A stretch of DNA of 64,000 nucleotides from an uncultured Sphingomonadales bacterium (GCA_964022135.1 CAXIBD010000009.1:491-64490), one strand, 5' to 3'. Shown: positions 17,444 through 26,460, counted from the first letter of the stretch. Program-made: numbers and translations. Notes: generated from the letters alone by a model not told the origin.

Positions 17444-18286
17444 TTAGAATGAACCATCGGTTTTTTCCAAAATATGCTGAGAAGCGATCATTGCACAACG
17501 AGCGCGCGCGCTCTTGGTCATCTTTGCATCCAATGACGAACCGCGAGGAACCTCAATGCTAACGGGACAATCTGGCGGAAGCGTGTTCAGGAAGCCGATT
17601 GTGTCAAGGCTGCCTTCGCCTGGCAACTGCCTCTCAATTGACGCTTCATATTCCTGCAGTTCTGGCAAGCAGATCATAGGACCGTCACTGAGTTGAGCAT
17701 AGGCGATATACTCGGGTGGAATTGCGGCCAGCTGTTCGAGAGTTCCTCCAGACCGAAACAAATGCAGCAGGTCCACATTGATGCCGGCAACGCCGGCATC
17801 TCCAATGTGCTCTACCAACACTAGCGCATCCTCGATCGTCACAACCTGCGAAGCGGGGTAAAATTCCACCAAAACCTTCAGATTTCTGCAATGCGCATGC
17901 TCACAAAAGCGCGAAAATGTTTCTTGGCGACTTATCGGGTTCCGATCATAAAGCAAAACGTTCACGAGCCGAGATTTCAATTCGGAAGCACAATCAAGAG
18001 CAGGCGTGAGTTCATCAACTAGAGTGCGTTTCGAGATCGTAAATGGATAGGCAATATCAACGCTTAAATTTAGCTGATCCATCCGGTCGATGAATTGCTC
18101 GCGAAGCCCATGGTCTCCTATCAAGTCATAATTCGGCATTTGCGGCAGGACATCCATGGAGTGAAGGAACGGATTGATGGCCGCATAACCAGTTTCAAAG
18201 GCGATTTCCGCCAATTCGACTGGCGTCGCATCGACAAGCGTGATGTGATCAAGTGCAAACTTGCTGGAACTGATTCTATTATGCAA
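17444..18286 (-). CDS. sugar phosphate isomerase/epimerase (xylose-isomerase-like TIM barrel) family protein
   Basis: 280 aa. Alternating beta/alpha pattern with LKVLVEFYP...GINVDLLHLFRSGG typical of the AP_endonuc_2 / TIM-barrel family. Confidence 0.6.
   Translation of the reverse strand: MHNRISSSKFALDHITLVDATPVELAEIAFETGYAAINPFLHSMDVLPQMPNYDLIGDHGLREQFIDRMDQLNLSVDIAYPFTISKRTLVDELTPALDCASELKSRLVNVLLYDRNPISRQETFSRFCEHAHCRNLKVLVEFYPASQVVTIEDALVLVEHIGDAGVAGINVDLLHLFRSGGTLEQLAAIPPEYIAYAQLSDGPMICLPELQEYEASIERQLPGEGSLDTIGFLNTLPPDCPVSIEVPRGSSLDAKMTKSARARCAMIASQHILEKTDGSF
17500..17513. repeat. perfect 14-nt palindrome GAGCGCGCGCGCTC inside a CDS
   Basis: Self-complementary. Shares the 11-mer GAGCGCGCGCG with 16154..16164. 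Confidence 0.9.
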
Positions 18287-18313
18287 TCGCCTGCTTTCCT
18301 ATTCGACAAAGAT

Positions 18314-19210
18314 TCAATTTTCCCCAGCATCTGCCTTATTGGCTGCCGCCATTTTCTTCGCATCCAGTCCGGCAATTGAATTACCAGCAACGAGGTCGTT
18401 TTGCGCATGTGCGAAATGATGCATGTGATATTGAGCGTCCATGGCCGCTCGTTTTCCCCGCAACTCTTCAACATGGTGGACGGCCTGTTTCGTCAGCCAG
18501 TTGCCGAGGCGGGGTTGCGCAACCAGTTTTGCTGCCATTTTTGCTGTTTCCTGGCGCAATTGATCCCGCGCAACAATGCGATTCACCATGCCAAACTGCT
18601 CTGCCCGTTCGGCGCTCATTCTTTCCCCTAACAAGAGAAATTCCATAGCTACTCGCGGCGGTAGTTCAAATGCATGCGCAAAATATTCAACGCCGGGAAT
18701 CCCCATGCGATTGACTGGATCCTGAAAAAATGCGTCTTCCGATGCGACAATCAAATCGCAGACCCAAGCAAGCATCAGGCCTCCTGCAACGCACGCACCC
18801 TGCACCATAGCAATAGTAGGCTTGGGAATATCGCGCCAGCGGCGGCACATGCCGAGATATTGTTCCTGTTCGCGTGTGTAGAGTAATTCTGCAGCGGGCT
18901 TGTTAATATGTGGTGGAACCATCAGGCGATTGTCGAAATGTTTGAGCACATCGCGACCTGGCGTTCCGATATCATGCCCAGCAGAAAAGTGTTTTCCATT
19001 TCCTGCCAGCACGATGCACCGCACCGCATCGTCTTTGGTCGCTTTTTGGAACGCATCGTCCAGCGCATATGTCATCTGTCCGTTTTGTGCATTGTTGAAA
19101 TCGGGACGATTTAGCGTGATCCAAGCAATCTGGTTATCCGTTTCATATAATACAGGGCTCTCGGTTTCATATACGATTCCGACCTTGGCGGGTTCAACGA
19201 GATCATTCAT
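18314..19210 (-). CDS. enoyl-CoA hydratase (crotonase family), paralogue of the EchA20-like gene at 49853
   Basis: 298 aa. IAWITLNRPDFNNAQNGQMTYALDDAF...HFSAGHDIGTPGRD aligns almost residue for residue with the 49853..50752 product. Confidence 0.85.
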   Translation of the reverse strand: MNDLVEPAKVGIVYETESPVLYETDNQIAWITLNRPDFNNAQNGQMTYALDDAFQKATKDDAVRCIVLAGNGKHFSAGHDIGTPGRDVLKHFDNRLMVPPHINKPAAELLYTREQEQYLGMCRRWRDIPKPTIAMVQGACVAGGLMLAWVCDLIVASEDAFFQDPVNRMGIPGVEYFAHAFELPPRVAMEFLLLGERMSAERAEQFGMVNRIVARDQLRQETAKMAAKLVAQPRLGNWLTKQAVHHVEELRGKRAAMDAQYHMHHFAHAQNDLVAGNSIAGLDAKKMAAANKADAGEN

Positions 19211-19325
19211 ATTCGTTCTCCATGCTATTCATTATTAACCATTCAGCTAACCTCGAATCTTCCGCAAATTTCCCGGTAGCCAGGACATAGCCTCTAGCAT
19301 CAATATAGTCACAAAACCAGCCATA

Positions 19326-19355
19326 TACGTATTTTAGATGAGTGATATTTACGCA
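19326..19355. promoter_or_regulatory. dyad operator copy A
   Basis: TACGTATTTTAGATGAGTGATATTTACGCA: CGTA at pos 3-6 and TTACG at pos 24-28. Divergent promoter region between the hydratase (18314..19210) and the flavin-reductase/wHTH gene. Confidence 0.6.
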
Positions 19356-19458
19356 TTATGCGCCCACAATGATATTATAATTGCATATTTCGTATTTTTC
19401 AGGTAGTTTTCGGTTATGGGCGAAAAGCCAATTCCTGCAATCTATGCTGAGGCAAAAA

Positions 19459-20412
19459 ATGACAAATGTTCGACTGGACACTCAGGAATTTCGTAATGCT
19501 CTCGGATCATTTGCAACGGGCGTGACCATCGTCACGACAGCAACAAACCCGACCGAACCTGTAGGAGTGACAGCCAGTAGCTTCAATTCGGTCTCCCTGG
19601 ATCCTCCCTTGGTTCTTTGGTCTCTTGCCAAAAATTCACTGTCGCTTGATGCATTTCGAAATAGCGGTCATTTTGCGGTTCATATCCTGTCCTGCCTCCA
19701 GGAAAACCTTTCCAACGCATTCGCCCGTTCAGGCACCGACAAGTTCGCCAATGTGGATTGGGGATCAGGCGCGATTGGATCGCCTGTGCTGAATGAATTT
19801 GCAGCCAGATTCGAATGCCGGACTGTTCACCAATATGAAGGTGGGGACCATATTATTTTTGTCGGTGAGGTCATCGCCTTCGACAAGCGCGACCACCCTC
19901 CTCTTGTGTTCCATGGTGGAAACTATGCTGAAACTCGGTCAAAAACATTCATTGATGAGGCTCCAACGGTAGAACCGGAACAAGCTCGGTTTACCGAAGA
20001 TTTTTTCCTCTATCTATTGTCGCGCGCGCATTTTCAGACTTCTGAAATTACTCGCACAAAAACAGAAGAGCTTGGCCTCAGTCAAACCGAATATCTAGCG
20101 ATTGCAGTCCTCGGTATGAATGCACCGCTACCTGCCGAAGAGTTGATTGCCCGGTTACAACACACAGGCCATGCGCCAGATGATACCGAAATAGCGAATA
20201 TGATAAGCAAAGGCCTCATACAGGACGCCCAAGGCGCACTTGCTCTAACTCTATCATCGCGCAGCATATTCATTTCGACCCTGTCGGTGGCCAAGGCTTT
20301 CGAGGATGATTTGCTCGATCATTTTACGCCTGGAGAAATTGCAGACACTAAACGCATTCTCAAAAAGATCATCGAGTTGACTGGAGATAATATCCCGAGT
20401 CTCTGGGAATAG
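19459..20412 (+). CDS. fusion protein: flavin reductase-like FMN-binding domain + C-terminal MarR-like winged-helix domain
   Basis: ORF 19381..20412, start preferred at ATG 19459 (GAGG 6-7 nt upstream). N-terminal FRNALGSFATGVTIVTT...GVTASSFNSVSLDPPLVLWSL (HpaC/HsaB-type flavin reductase). C-terminal GLSQTEYLAIAVLGMNAPLPAEELIARLQ...ISKGLI (wHTH-like). Confidence 0.7.
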   Translation: MTNVRLDTQEFRNALGSFATGVTIVTTATNPTEPVGVTASSFNSVSLDPPLVLWSLAKNSLSLDAFRNSGHFAVHILSCLQENLSNAFARSGTDKFANVDWGSGAIGSPVLNEFAARFECRTVHQYEGGDHIIFVGEVIAFDKRDHPPLVFHGGNYAETRSKTFIDEAPTVEPEQARFTEDFFLYLLSRAHFQTSEITRTKTEELGLSQTEYLAIAVLGMNAPLPAEELIARLQHTGHAPDDTEIANMISKGLIQDAQGALALTLSSRSIFISTLSVAKAFEDDLLDHFTPGEIADTKRILKKIIELTGDNIPSLWE

Positions 20413-20432
20413 ACAGACCGAGAAAACTTCAG

Positions 20433-20470
20433 AAAAAAAATAGACGCCCATTGCTTTCTAGCAATGGACG
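20433..20470 (-). terminator. rho-independent terminator for the Rieske gene (possibly bidirectional)
   Basis: A8 run at 20433-40 (U-run on the minus transcript), stem CCATTGC (20448-54) / GCAATGG (20461-67), loop tttcta. Lies between convergent genes. Confidence 0.65.
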
Positions 20471-20507
20471 CCAGTTATTCAATTCAGGAGAAAAGAATCT
20501 TTTCAGG

Positions 20508-21584
20508 TCAGGCCGCGTCTTCCCATGGGTCACGCGAGGTGCCTTTGGAGATATAATGACCATTCACACGTTTCTGGAAATCGCTTGCCCGCTCGCGTGC
20601 ATTGAAGAACTGCTTGTACCAAATCCTGACTTTATCAAAGGGGCCGTCGCCCTTCACCATCATCGGGCTCAGACACGGCCGCTTATCGGCCCATATTTCA
20701 AAGTCTTGTGCAAAGGCATCTAATCCGGCCTTTTCATATTCGCGTGCAATAGAAATATCTGCCTCAGTTGGCTTTTCGTTGGGGGATTTGACGAGCAAAC
20801 CATACCATACTTTCACCAAACCATCGTCGACTGGCGTATGTGCGATCAGCATATGAGAGGGATAATCGCCCTCCATTGTCGACTGCAGAATTCCGGGGCC
20901 GGTATACCACGTGTCGTTGGTCATCCCCTCCTCCTTGCTGCTCAGTGTGCGATGACCCGCTTTCAAGACCTGCCAACAGACATGATCTTCAAAGCGATTT
21001 TCGAAGATCGCCATATCTTCGCTGCCGTGTACCGGCACCAAATGCCCCTTGTCCGCAATATTGTCGACAATCTCCTGCGGATGACTGTTCAGTTCGCCAA
21101 GCGGCTCAATATTCCATTTGACCCATTGCGAATTGTCATAATTTTCAAAGGCCGGTAAAGCATAATCCGGCTCGCCGCCTTCTTCATCATGCCATATCCA
21201 CAAACAGCCAGCCCTTTCGATAACTTTCCAGTTTTTCAAACAGGCTTTCTTCGGAATCGGGCCGGGAGAATAGGGAATGTCGTTGCATTTGCCATCGGGA
21301 CCAAACCGCCAAGCATGATAGGGGCAACGGATATTGTCACCTTCAACATGACTTTTGTCCTTCACCACGTAAGAAGTCGTGTTTTTGGCCAGATGAGTGC
21401 CCATATGGGGGCAATAGGCTTCGACAAGAAATACACGTCCGCTCTGGCCACGATAGAGCACCATGTCTTCACCAAAATAGCGCACCGCAAGCGGCGTATC
21501 TGTGACCTCGGCAGAGCTCGCGATCATGAACCAACCACGCGGATAGGTATATTCGCCCAATTTGTAATCTGCGGTCGTCGCCAT
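20508..21584 (-). CDS. Rieske [2Fe-2S] non-haem iron oxygenase, KshA-like (3-ketosteroid 9alpha-hydroxylase family)
   Basis: ORF to 21647, trimmed to ATG 21584 (GGAGAG upstream). YPRGWFMIASS N-terminus; Rieske motif CPHMGTHL...CPYHAWRF; iron motif DNIADKGHLVPVH (D-x3-D-x2-H-x4-H). Confidence 0.8.
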   Translation of the reverse strand: MATTADYKLGEYTYPRGWFMIASSAEVTDTPLAVRYFGEDMVLYRGQSGRVFLVEAYCPHMGTHLAKNTTSYVVKDKSHVEGDNIRCPYHAWRFGPDGKCNDIPYSPGPIPKKACLKNWKVIERAGCLWIWHDEEGGEPDYALPAFENYDNSQWVKWNIEPLGELNSHPQEIVDNIADKGHLVPVHGSEDMAIFENRFEDHVCWQVLKAGHRTLSSKEEGMTNDTWYTGPGILQSTMEGDYPSHMLIAHTPVDDGLVKVWYGLLVKSPNEKPTEADISIAREYEKAGLDAFAQDFEIWADKRPCLSPMMVKGDGPFDKVRIWYKQFFNARERASDFQKRVNGHYISKGTSRDPWEDAA

Positions 21585-21689
21585 AGTCTCTCTCCGAGTC
21601 TCGTTCTTATGCGCCCTTTTACATAAATCGTAGAGATTGATCAACACTATTGATAAATTAAACGCCTACCGGCCATATGTTTTGATAAA

Positions 21690-21719
21690 CGCGTAGTTTA
21701 AATATTCATATGCTGCGCA
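21690..21719. promoter_or_regulatory. degenerate dyad operator copy H
   Basis: CGCGTAGTTTAAATATTCATATGCTGCGCA: same spacing, but the right half is CTGCGCA instead of TTACGCA. Upstream of the KshA-like gene 20508..21584. Confidence 0.35.
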
Positions 21720-21730
21720 CCCGGGCTTAG

Positions 21731-22225
21731 CTAAATCTCGAGCGGATGTTCTTCGTCGGTAATTCGTACAACCCGGCCGTTATATTTGACAGTCTGAACG
21801 GCGATGGACGTTTCAACATGATGCACGCCGGGCATTGCCAGAATCTGTTCGGAAGCAGTAGCGTGCAACTGACCAAGCTCGTTGAACAGACAGATCGCGA
21901 ATATATTGAAGCGCCCCAACGTTATCAAAACACCTGTAATACCTGGAATCTTGGACACCTTGCTGGAGATATCTTTCACCTTATCGATATCCGCTTGAAT
22001 ACCAATAAAAGCCAGCTTGTCATCTTTTTGGAGGTCGGGGCTGGTGACTGCAGTGAAGGCGATAAGCCGCTCCTGTTGCAATTTTTTGATCCGACCGCGA
22101 ACGGTTCCTTCGGTGACTCCAAGATCGGTTGCAATCTTACGGTTTGACAGCCGCGCGTCGTCTGACAATATCTCGATTAACTTGTAATCGAGTTCATCCA
22201 ATTCGGGCTTCTCGAACTTATTCAC
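21731..22225 (-). CDS. Lrp/AsnC family transcriptional regulator
   Basis: 164 aa with a GTG start overlapping the upstream stop (GTGA). LDYKLIEILSDDARLSNRKIATDLGVTEGTVRGRIKKL HTH plus a RAM-like C-terminal domain. Confidence 0.85.
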   Translation of the reverse strand: MNKFEKPELDELDYKLIEILSDDARLSNRKIATDLGVTEGTVRGRIKKLQQERLIAFTAVTSPDLQKDDKLAFIGIQADIDKVKDISSKVSKIPGITGVLITLGRFNIFAICLFNELGQLHATASEQILAMPGVHHVETSIAVQTVKYNGRVVRITDEEHPLEI

Positions 22226-22701
22226 GCTGTATCCTTCGTCACAATCGGAGCTACGTCAAATCTGTACTTCACTACATCTACTGCGATTGCCGGCATCATT
22301 GACCCAATGCCGCGAATGGTTGAAATCTTTTCCGAAATGAATGCCTGCAGTTCATCAAAACTTTTAAGTACGACCAATATGTCGATATCATATCGACCGG
22401 TTACCAGGTGAACTGCGAAGACTTCATCCAGTTTCGCCAGCTCCTGGGCAACTTCCGACGCAGCCCGGCTCTCCACTTCAATTGCGATTTCCAATAGGAC
22501 GTCATATCCATGTGCCCGAAAGTCCGACACCGCAACCACCCGGAGTTTATCGGCATTTTCCAGCCGGCGAATTCTTGCTGAAACAGTAGCTGCTGTAAGC
22601 TTAAGTCGATTTGCGATTTGCTGATTGGTCGCACGCCCGTTTCGGCGCAGTTCGCCAATGATGGAACGGTCAATGTCATCTATTTCGAATTTTTCATTCA
22701 T
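22222..22701 (-). CDS. Lrp/AsnC family transcriptional regulator
   Basis: ORF to 22725; MNEKFEIDDIDRSIIGELRRNGRATNQQIANRLKLTAATVSARIRRL. The start is uncertain (22701, 22719 or 22725). Confidence 0.8.
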   Translation of the reverse strand: MNEKFEIDDIDRSIIGELRRNGRATNQQIANRLKLTAATVSARIRRLENADKLRVVAVSDFRAHGYDVLLEIAIEVESRAASEVAQELAKLDEVFAVHLVTGRYDIDILVVLKSFDELQAFISEKISTIRGIGSMMPAIAVDVVKYRFDVAPIVTKDTA

Positions 22702-22817
22702 GCGAAGTCTTTGTTTCATTTTCACTTATGAATCAACTCCACATTGAACAAGAGCATCGGGACGGAAGACCTGGTGCATAGGCAACCGGATTGAATCCAA
22801 GCATCCAGCGAGAATGA

Positions 22818-24098
22818 TCATTCCCCACCGGCAAGTGCGACTCTGTTGGTCTCCAGATGTCGCGCTCCGAGAAGTGTCAACAGCCCGCCGACCATGCCTG
22901 TCGGGATAATAATGGTCAGTGCCCAGCGTAGCGATATGGCATTGTTTCCGAACAATTCACTGAGCGCGCCGGTTGCCCATGGGCCGATGATGAAGCCTAG
23001 AAAAGTGGTAACCATGATGAACAACGCCGTGCTCGTCGCGCGAAACCTGTCCGGAACCAAATATTGCAAGGATTGCATTATGCCTATCGACCAGCCGCCG
23101 CCGAGCAGACCGGCCGGGATCGCAAGCATTTTGGCGACAAATAAGGTATCACTCCAAGTCGAGGCCAGAATGCAGACCGATGCAGCGAGCATCGCCATTC
23201 CTGCCATTAGCAACGGACGCTGCATACCGCCTCTGGCCAGTTTGTCAGATACGGCACCAAAAAGCAGCATCCCTGATAGACCGGCCAAGCCAAAATATAG
23301 CCCAAATGTTGTACTGGCTTCGGTCAAGGGAACTTCATAGACGCGGTGAAACAGGGTCGGCCCCCAAAAGCCGAAACCAACGCCGGACAGGGTTGCCAAA
23401 CCCATGCCGAACATCATCAGTACATAGGATCGTGCCTTGATCAACCGCCGAATGAGCGGCAATAGCGGCACTTGATTCAGTTTTGTCGTTATTTGCAGCC
23501 TCGCTGGCTCTCGGACAATGAGGAAGGCAATACCAGAGATAATCACACCGGGAACAGCCATCGCATAAAATGCCATCCGCCAACTGTAGGCTTCGGCGAT
23601 GGCAGGCCCTGCCGCATAGCCGGTTATCTGGCCAAAATAGACAGCAAGACCCAATATCGCAAAGACCATCCCACGTTTCTCTGGCCGAAAATAGTCCGAC
23701 AACAGCGAATAGGCAGGCGCAATAAAGGCTGCCTCTCCAACACCGACACCAAGCCTGGCCAGCGCCAACATCCAAGGTCCATTTGCTGCACCTGAAAGTC
23801 CAGTGAACAAACTCCAAATCAAACAACCGACACAGATAATCACAATGCGGGAAGATCTGTCGGCAAGACGTGCTATAGGTATTGCGATTGTGGTGTATAA
23901 CAAGGCAAACGCAGGCCCCATGAGAAGCCCCATAAACTGGTCTCCCACCCCAAATTCAGCCTTGATCGGATCGACAAGGCCAGAGATCAGGTATCGATCT
24001 GCGTAATTGAAAATATAAATGAAAAGCAGGACAATGAGAACGACCCACGGGTTGGACTTTCGCCCTGTTACTGCCGAAGCGGCTATAGTTGCGGCCAT
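22818..24098 (-). CDS. MFS transporter
   Basis: 426 aa, 12 predicted helices, MFS loop motif LADRSSR between TM2 and TM3. Confidence 0.85.
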   Translation of the reverse strand: MAATIAASAVTGRKSNPWVVLIVLLFIYIFNYADRYLISGLVDPIKAEFGVGDQFMGLLMGPAFALLYTTIAIPIARLADRSSRIVIICVGCLIWSLFTGLSGAANGPWMLALARLGVGVGEAAFIAPAYSLLSDYFRPEKRGMVFAILGLAVYFGQITGYAAGPAIAEAYSWRMAFYAMAVPGVIISGIAFLIVREPARLQITTKLNQVPLLPLIRRLIKARSYVLMMFGMGLATLSGVGFGFWGPTLFHRVYEVPLTEASTTFGLYFGLAGLSGMLLFGAVSDKLARGGMQRPLLMAGMAMLAASVCILASTWSDTLFVAKMLAIPAGLLGGGWSIGIMQSLQYLVPDRFRATSTALFIMVTTFLGFIIGPWATGALSELFGNNAISLRWALTIIIPTGMVGGLLTLLGARHLETNRVALAGGE

Positions 24099-24142
24099 GT
24101 ATTATCCTTGCCCGTTAAGTTTACAAAATGCAGCCATGACAA

Positions 24143-24904
24143 TCAGTCGCGCATTTGTGTGCCGCCATTTACGTGATAAACTTGCCCGTTGATCCAAGCG
24201 CCGTCATCCGACGCCAACATCGCCACCATCGCTGCGATATCATCGGGCTGCCCCAAGCGAACGTGTGGAACCGCCTTCAAACCCGATTCAACCTGCTGAT
24301 CGGTCATATGCTGCTGGACTGCCTCGGTCAGGACAAGGCCCGGACAAATGACATTCGCCCGGATACCTTTCTTGCCCCATTTGGCTGCGACATGGCGGGA
24401 CAACGCATGTACGGCATTTTTGGCCATCGGATACGCGACTTGCCAAGAAGAACCTCCCGATGCCGCACCGGAACTGGTATAAATCATCGCTCCGCCGCCA
24501 TTTTCCAGCATCACAGGAAGCGCGGCCTGCGTCGCAATCAAATGGCTTTTTGCATTGATCGCGACGGATTTGTCGAACACATCCAGCGAACAATCCAGCG
24601 CATTCACATCACCTACTGTCCCGCCGGCCAAGTTGGAATGAAAGAAATCAAGAGCGCCGAATTCTGAAACCGCCTTGTCTACAATAGCCTGCTGCGATTC
24701 CACTGACGTTCCATCCAGATGAACACCGACAGCGCTTCCGCCTCTGCTTCTAATATCCGCAGCGACGTCTTTGGCCCAATCTTCCATGATGTCTCCGATG
24801 ACGACATGGGCACCTTCTTCCGCCAAACGTCGAGCAGTGGCAGCACCGATTCCCCGCCCGCCACCTGCAACAATCCCCACTTTTCCTTTAAGTCCGCGCA
24901 TCAT
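24143..24904 (-). CDS. SDR family oxidoreductase (candidate hydroxysteroid dehydrogenase)
   Basis: GKVGIVAGGGRGIGAATARRL cofactor motif and Y-x3-K (YPMAK). Confidence 0.8.
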   Translation of the reverse strand: MMRGLKGKVGIVAGGGRGIGAATARRLAEEGAHVVIGDIMEDWAKDVAADIRSRGGSAVGVHLDGTSVESQQAIVDKAVSEFGALDFFHSNLAGGTVGDVNALDCSLDVFDKSVAINAKSHLIATQAALPVMLENGGGAMIYTSSGAASGGSSWQVAYPMAKNAVHALSRHVAAKWGKKGIRANVICPGLVLTEAVQQHMTDQQVESGLKAVPHVRLGQPDDIAAMVAMLASDDGAWINGQVYHVNGGTQMRD

Positions 24905-24930
24905 CTCTTCTCCCTAACCCCGCAGGCGTC

Positions 24931-26460
24931 TCAGCGTCGCCGTGCCGCGAGAGACATATTGTTCCACCAAGGCTGTGCCGTTTCGACCTGCGAAGCCAAT
25001 CGGAACAATGTCGCTTCAGCACCATATCGACCGCTCATCATCACCCCGATTGGCAGCCCGCTTTCAGACATGGCAAGTGGCAGCGACATGCTGGGCTGCC
25101 CGGTAATATTGTAAAGGCCCGTAAACGGCGTGAATTGGGAGACTGCTTCACCCCATTGCCTCATGTTTTCATGGTCCAGATCGTGGATGCCGGTTTTTGG
25201 CGGCGGAGTGGCCAGAGTGGGGGACAGAATTATATCGTAATCCTGCATGAATATCGCCATATCATAAGCCGTCTGCTGGAATATGTTATGCGCCCGGGAA
25301 ACCGACATGCCATCCATTTTTTTGCCAATTCCATAGAATACCATAGTGACCTTTTCTAGCACATCCGCTGATGGCGCTATCCCGGTGATCTTGGCTCGAT
25401 CATCAATATCGGCGGCGAGGGAGGTCGATAGCACCGCAAAATTCGCTTCTCCAATAGCGGCCATATCGACTTTGGGTTGCGCTTCCTCGACATGATGTCC
25501 CAGATCTTCGAGCAGTTTAGCTGCCGCTCGGGTCGCCATGATACATTCCGGGTCGACAGGACTGCCAGCTGGCGGCGCAAGCACTAGGGCTACGCGCAAT
25601 TTGCCTGGCGACTTGTTTAGCTGAGACATGAACGAACCGTCCGGGGATGGCGCAGAATAGCGTGACCCTGGCTCCAGGCCATGGGTTAGGTCCAGCAGAA
25701 GCGCTGAATCTCGGACGGATCGCGTAACGGCATGATGGACGGACATCCCGCCCCAGCCTTCGGTGCGATTGGGGCCCATGGGCACACGCCCGCGGCTGGG
25801 CTTTAGACCGAACAATCCGCAGCAAGAAGCCGGGATACGGATGGAGCCACCGCCGTCGGTCGCATGAGCCGCAGGGATGATGCCGGCCGCCACTGCCGCG
25901 GCCGAGCCGCCGCTTGATCCACCTGCAATGTGCTTCTCATTCCAAGGATTGCGTGTAACGCCAGTTGCGAGCGATTCTGTTGTACCGCTGAGACCGAATT
26001 CCGGCGTTGTCGTTTTGCCGAAAATCACTAAGCCTGCAGCCTGATGTCGCTTCACCAGCTCAGACGTTACGGTCGCCCGATAGCCATTGTATGATCGACT
26101 GCCCTGCCCCGTTCGTTCACCGGCTATATGCGTGTGAAGATCCTTGATTAGCCAAGGCACGCCTTTCAGAGGGCCGTCTGGCAAGCCGTTTTTTATTGCA
26201 GCGCGACCATATTCATACAGCTTCTGTGCGATAAAGTTATAGCTTGGGTTTGCCAATTCAGTCCGGGCGATAGACATTTCCAGAAGCTCTTCGGCCGAAA
26301 CCTGTCGCTTACGTACAAGATCAGCCAAACCGGTTGCGTCATGCGTATCGAGCAAGATCTCTCTATTAATCCTAGGGTTTGCCATCAGCCGACCTGCTGA
26401 TGTAGCAAGTCCCGCAGCGGCAACGCTGCTTGCCAGAACCGAACGACGGGTCATGTTCAC
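24931..26460 (-). CDS. amidase (amidase-signature family) with twin-arginine signal peptide
   Basis: MNMTRRSVLASSVAAAGLATSAG; AS block GGSSGGSAAAVAAG; the start overlaps the upstream stop (ATGA at 26457-60). Confidence 0.85.
   Translation of the reverse strand: MNMTRRSVLASSVAAAGLATSAGRLMANPRINREILLDTHDATGLADLVRKRQVSAEELLEMSIARTELANPSYNFIAQKLYEYGRAAIKNGLPDGPLKGVPWLIKDLHTHIAGERTGQGSRSYNGYRATVTSELVKRHQAAGLVIFGKTTTPEFGLSGTTESLATGVTRNPWNEKHIAGGSSGGSAAAVAAGIIPAAHATDGGGSIRIPASCCGLFGLKPSRGRVPMGPNRTEGWGGMSVHHAVTRSVRDSALLLDLTHGLEPGSRYSAPSPDGSFMSQLNKSPGKLRVALVLAPPAGSPVDPECIMATRAAAKLLEDLGHHVEEAQPKVDMAAIGEANFAVLSTSLAADIDDRAKITGIAPSADVLEKVTMVFYGIGKKMDGMSVSRAHNIFQQTAYDMAIFMQDYDIILSPTLATPPPKTGIHDLDHENMRQWGEAVSQFTPFTGLYNITGQPSMSLPLAMSESGLPIGVMMSGRYGAEATLFRLASQVETAQPWWNNMSLAARRR

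Noticed and set aside
21640-21700. TTGATCAA palindrome and repeated TTGATAAA upstream of the first KshA-like gene (possible Lrp sites)
   Set aside because: The elements are short and AT-rich, seen at a single locus, with no independent support.
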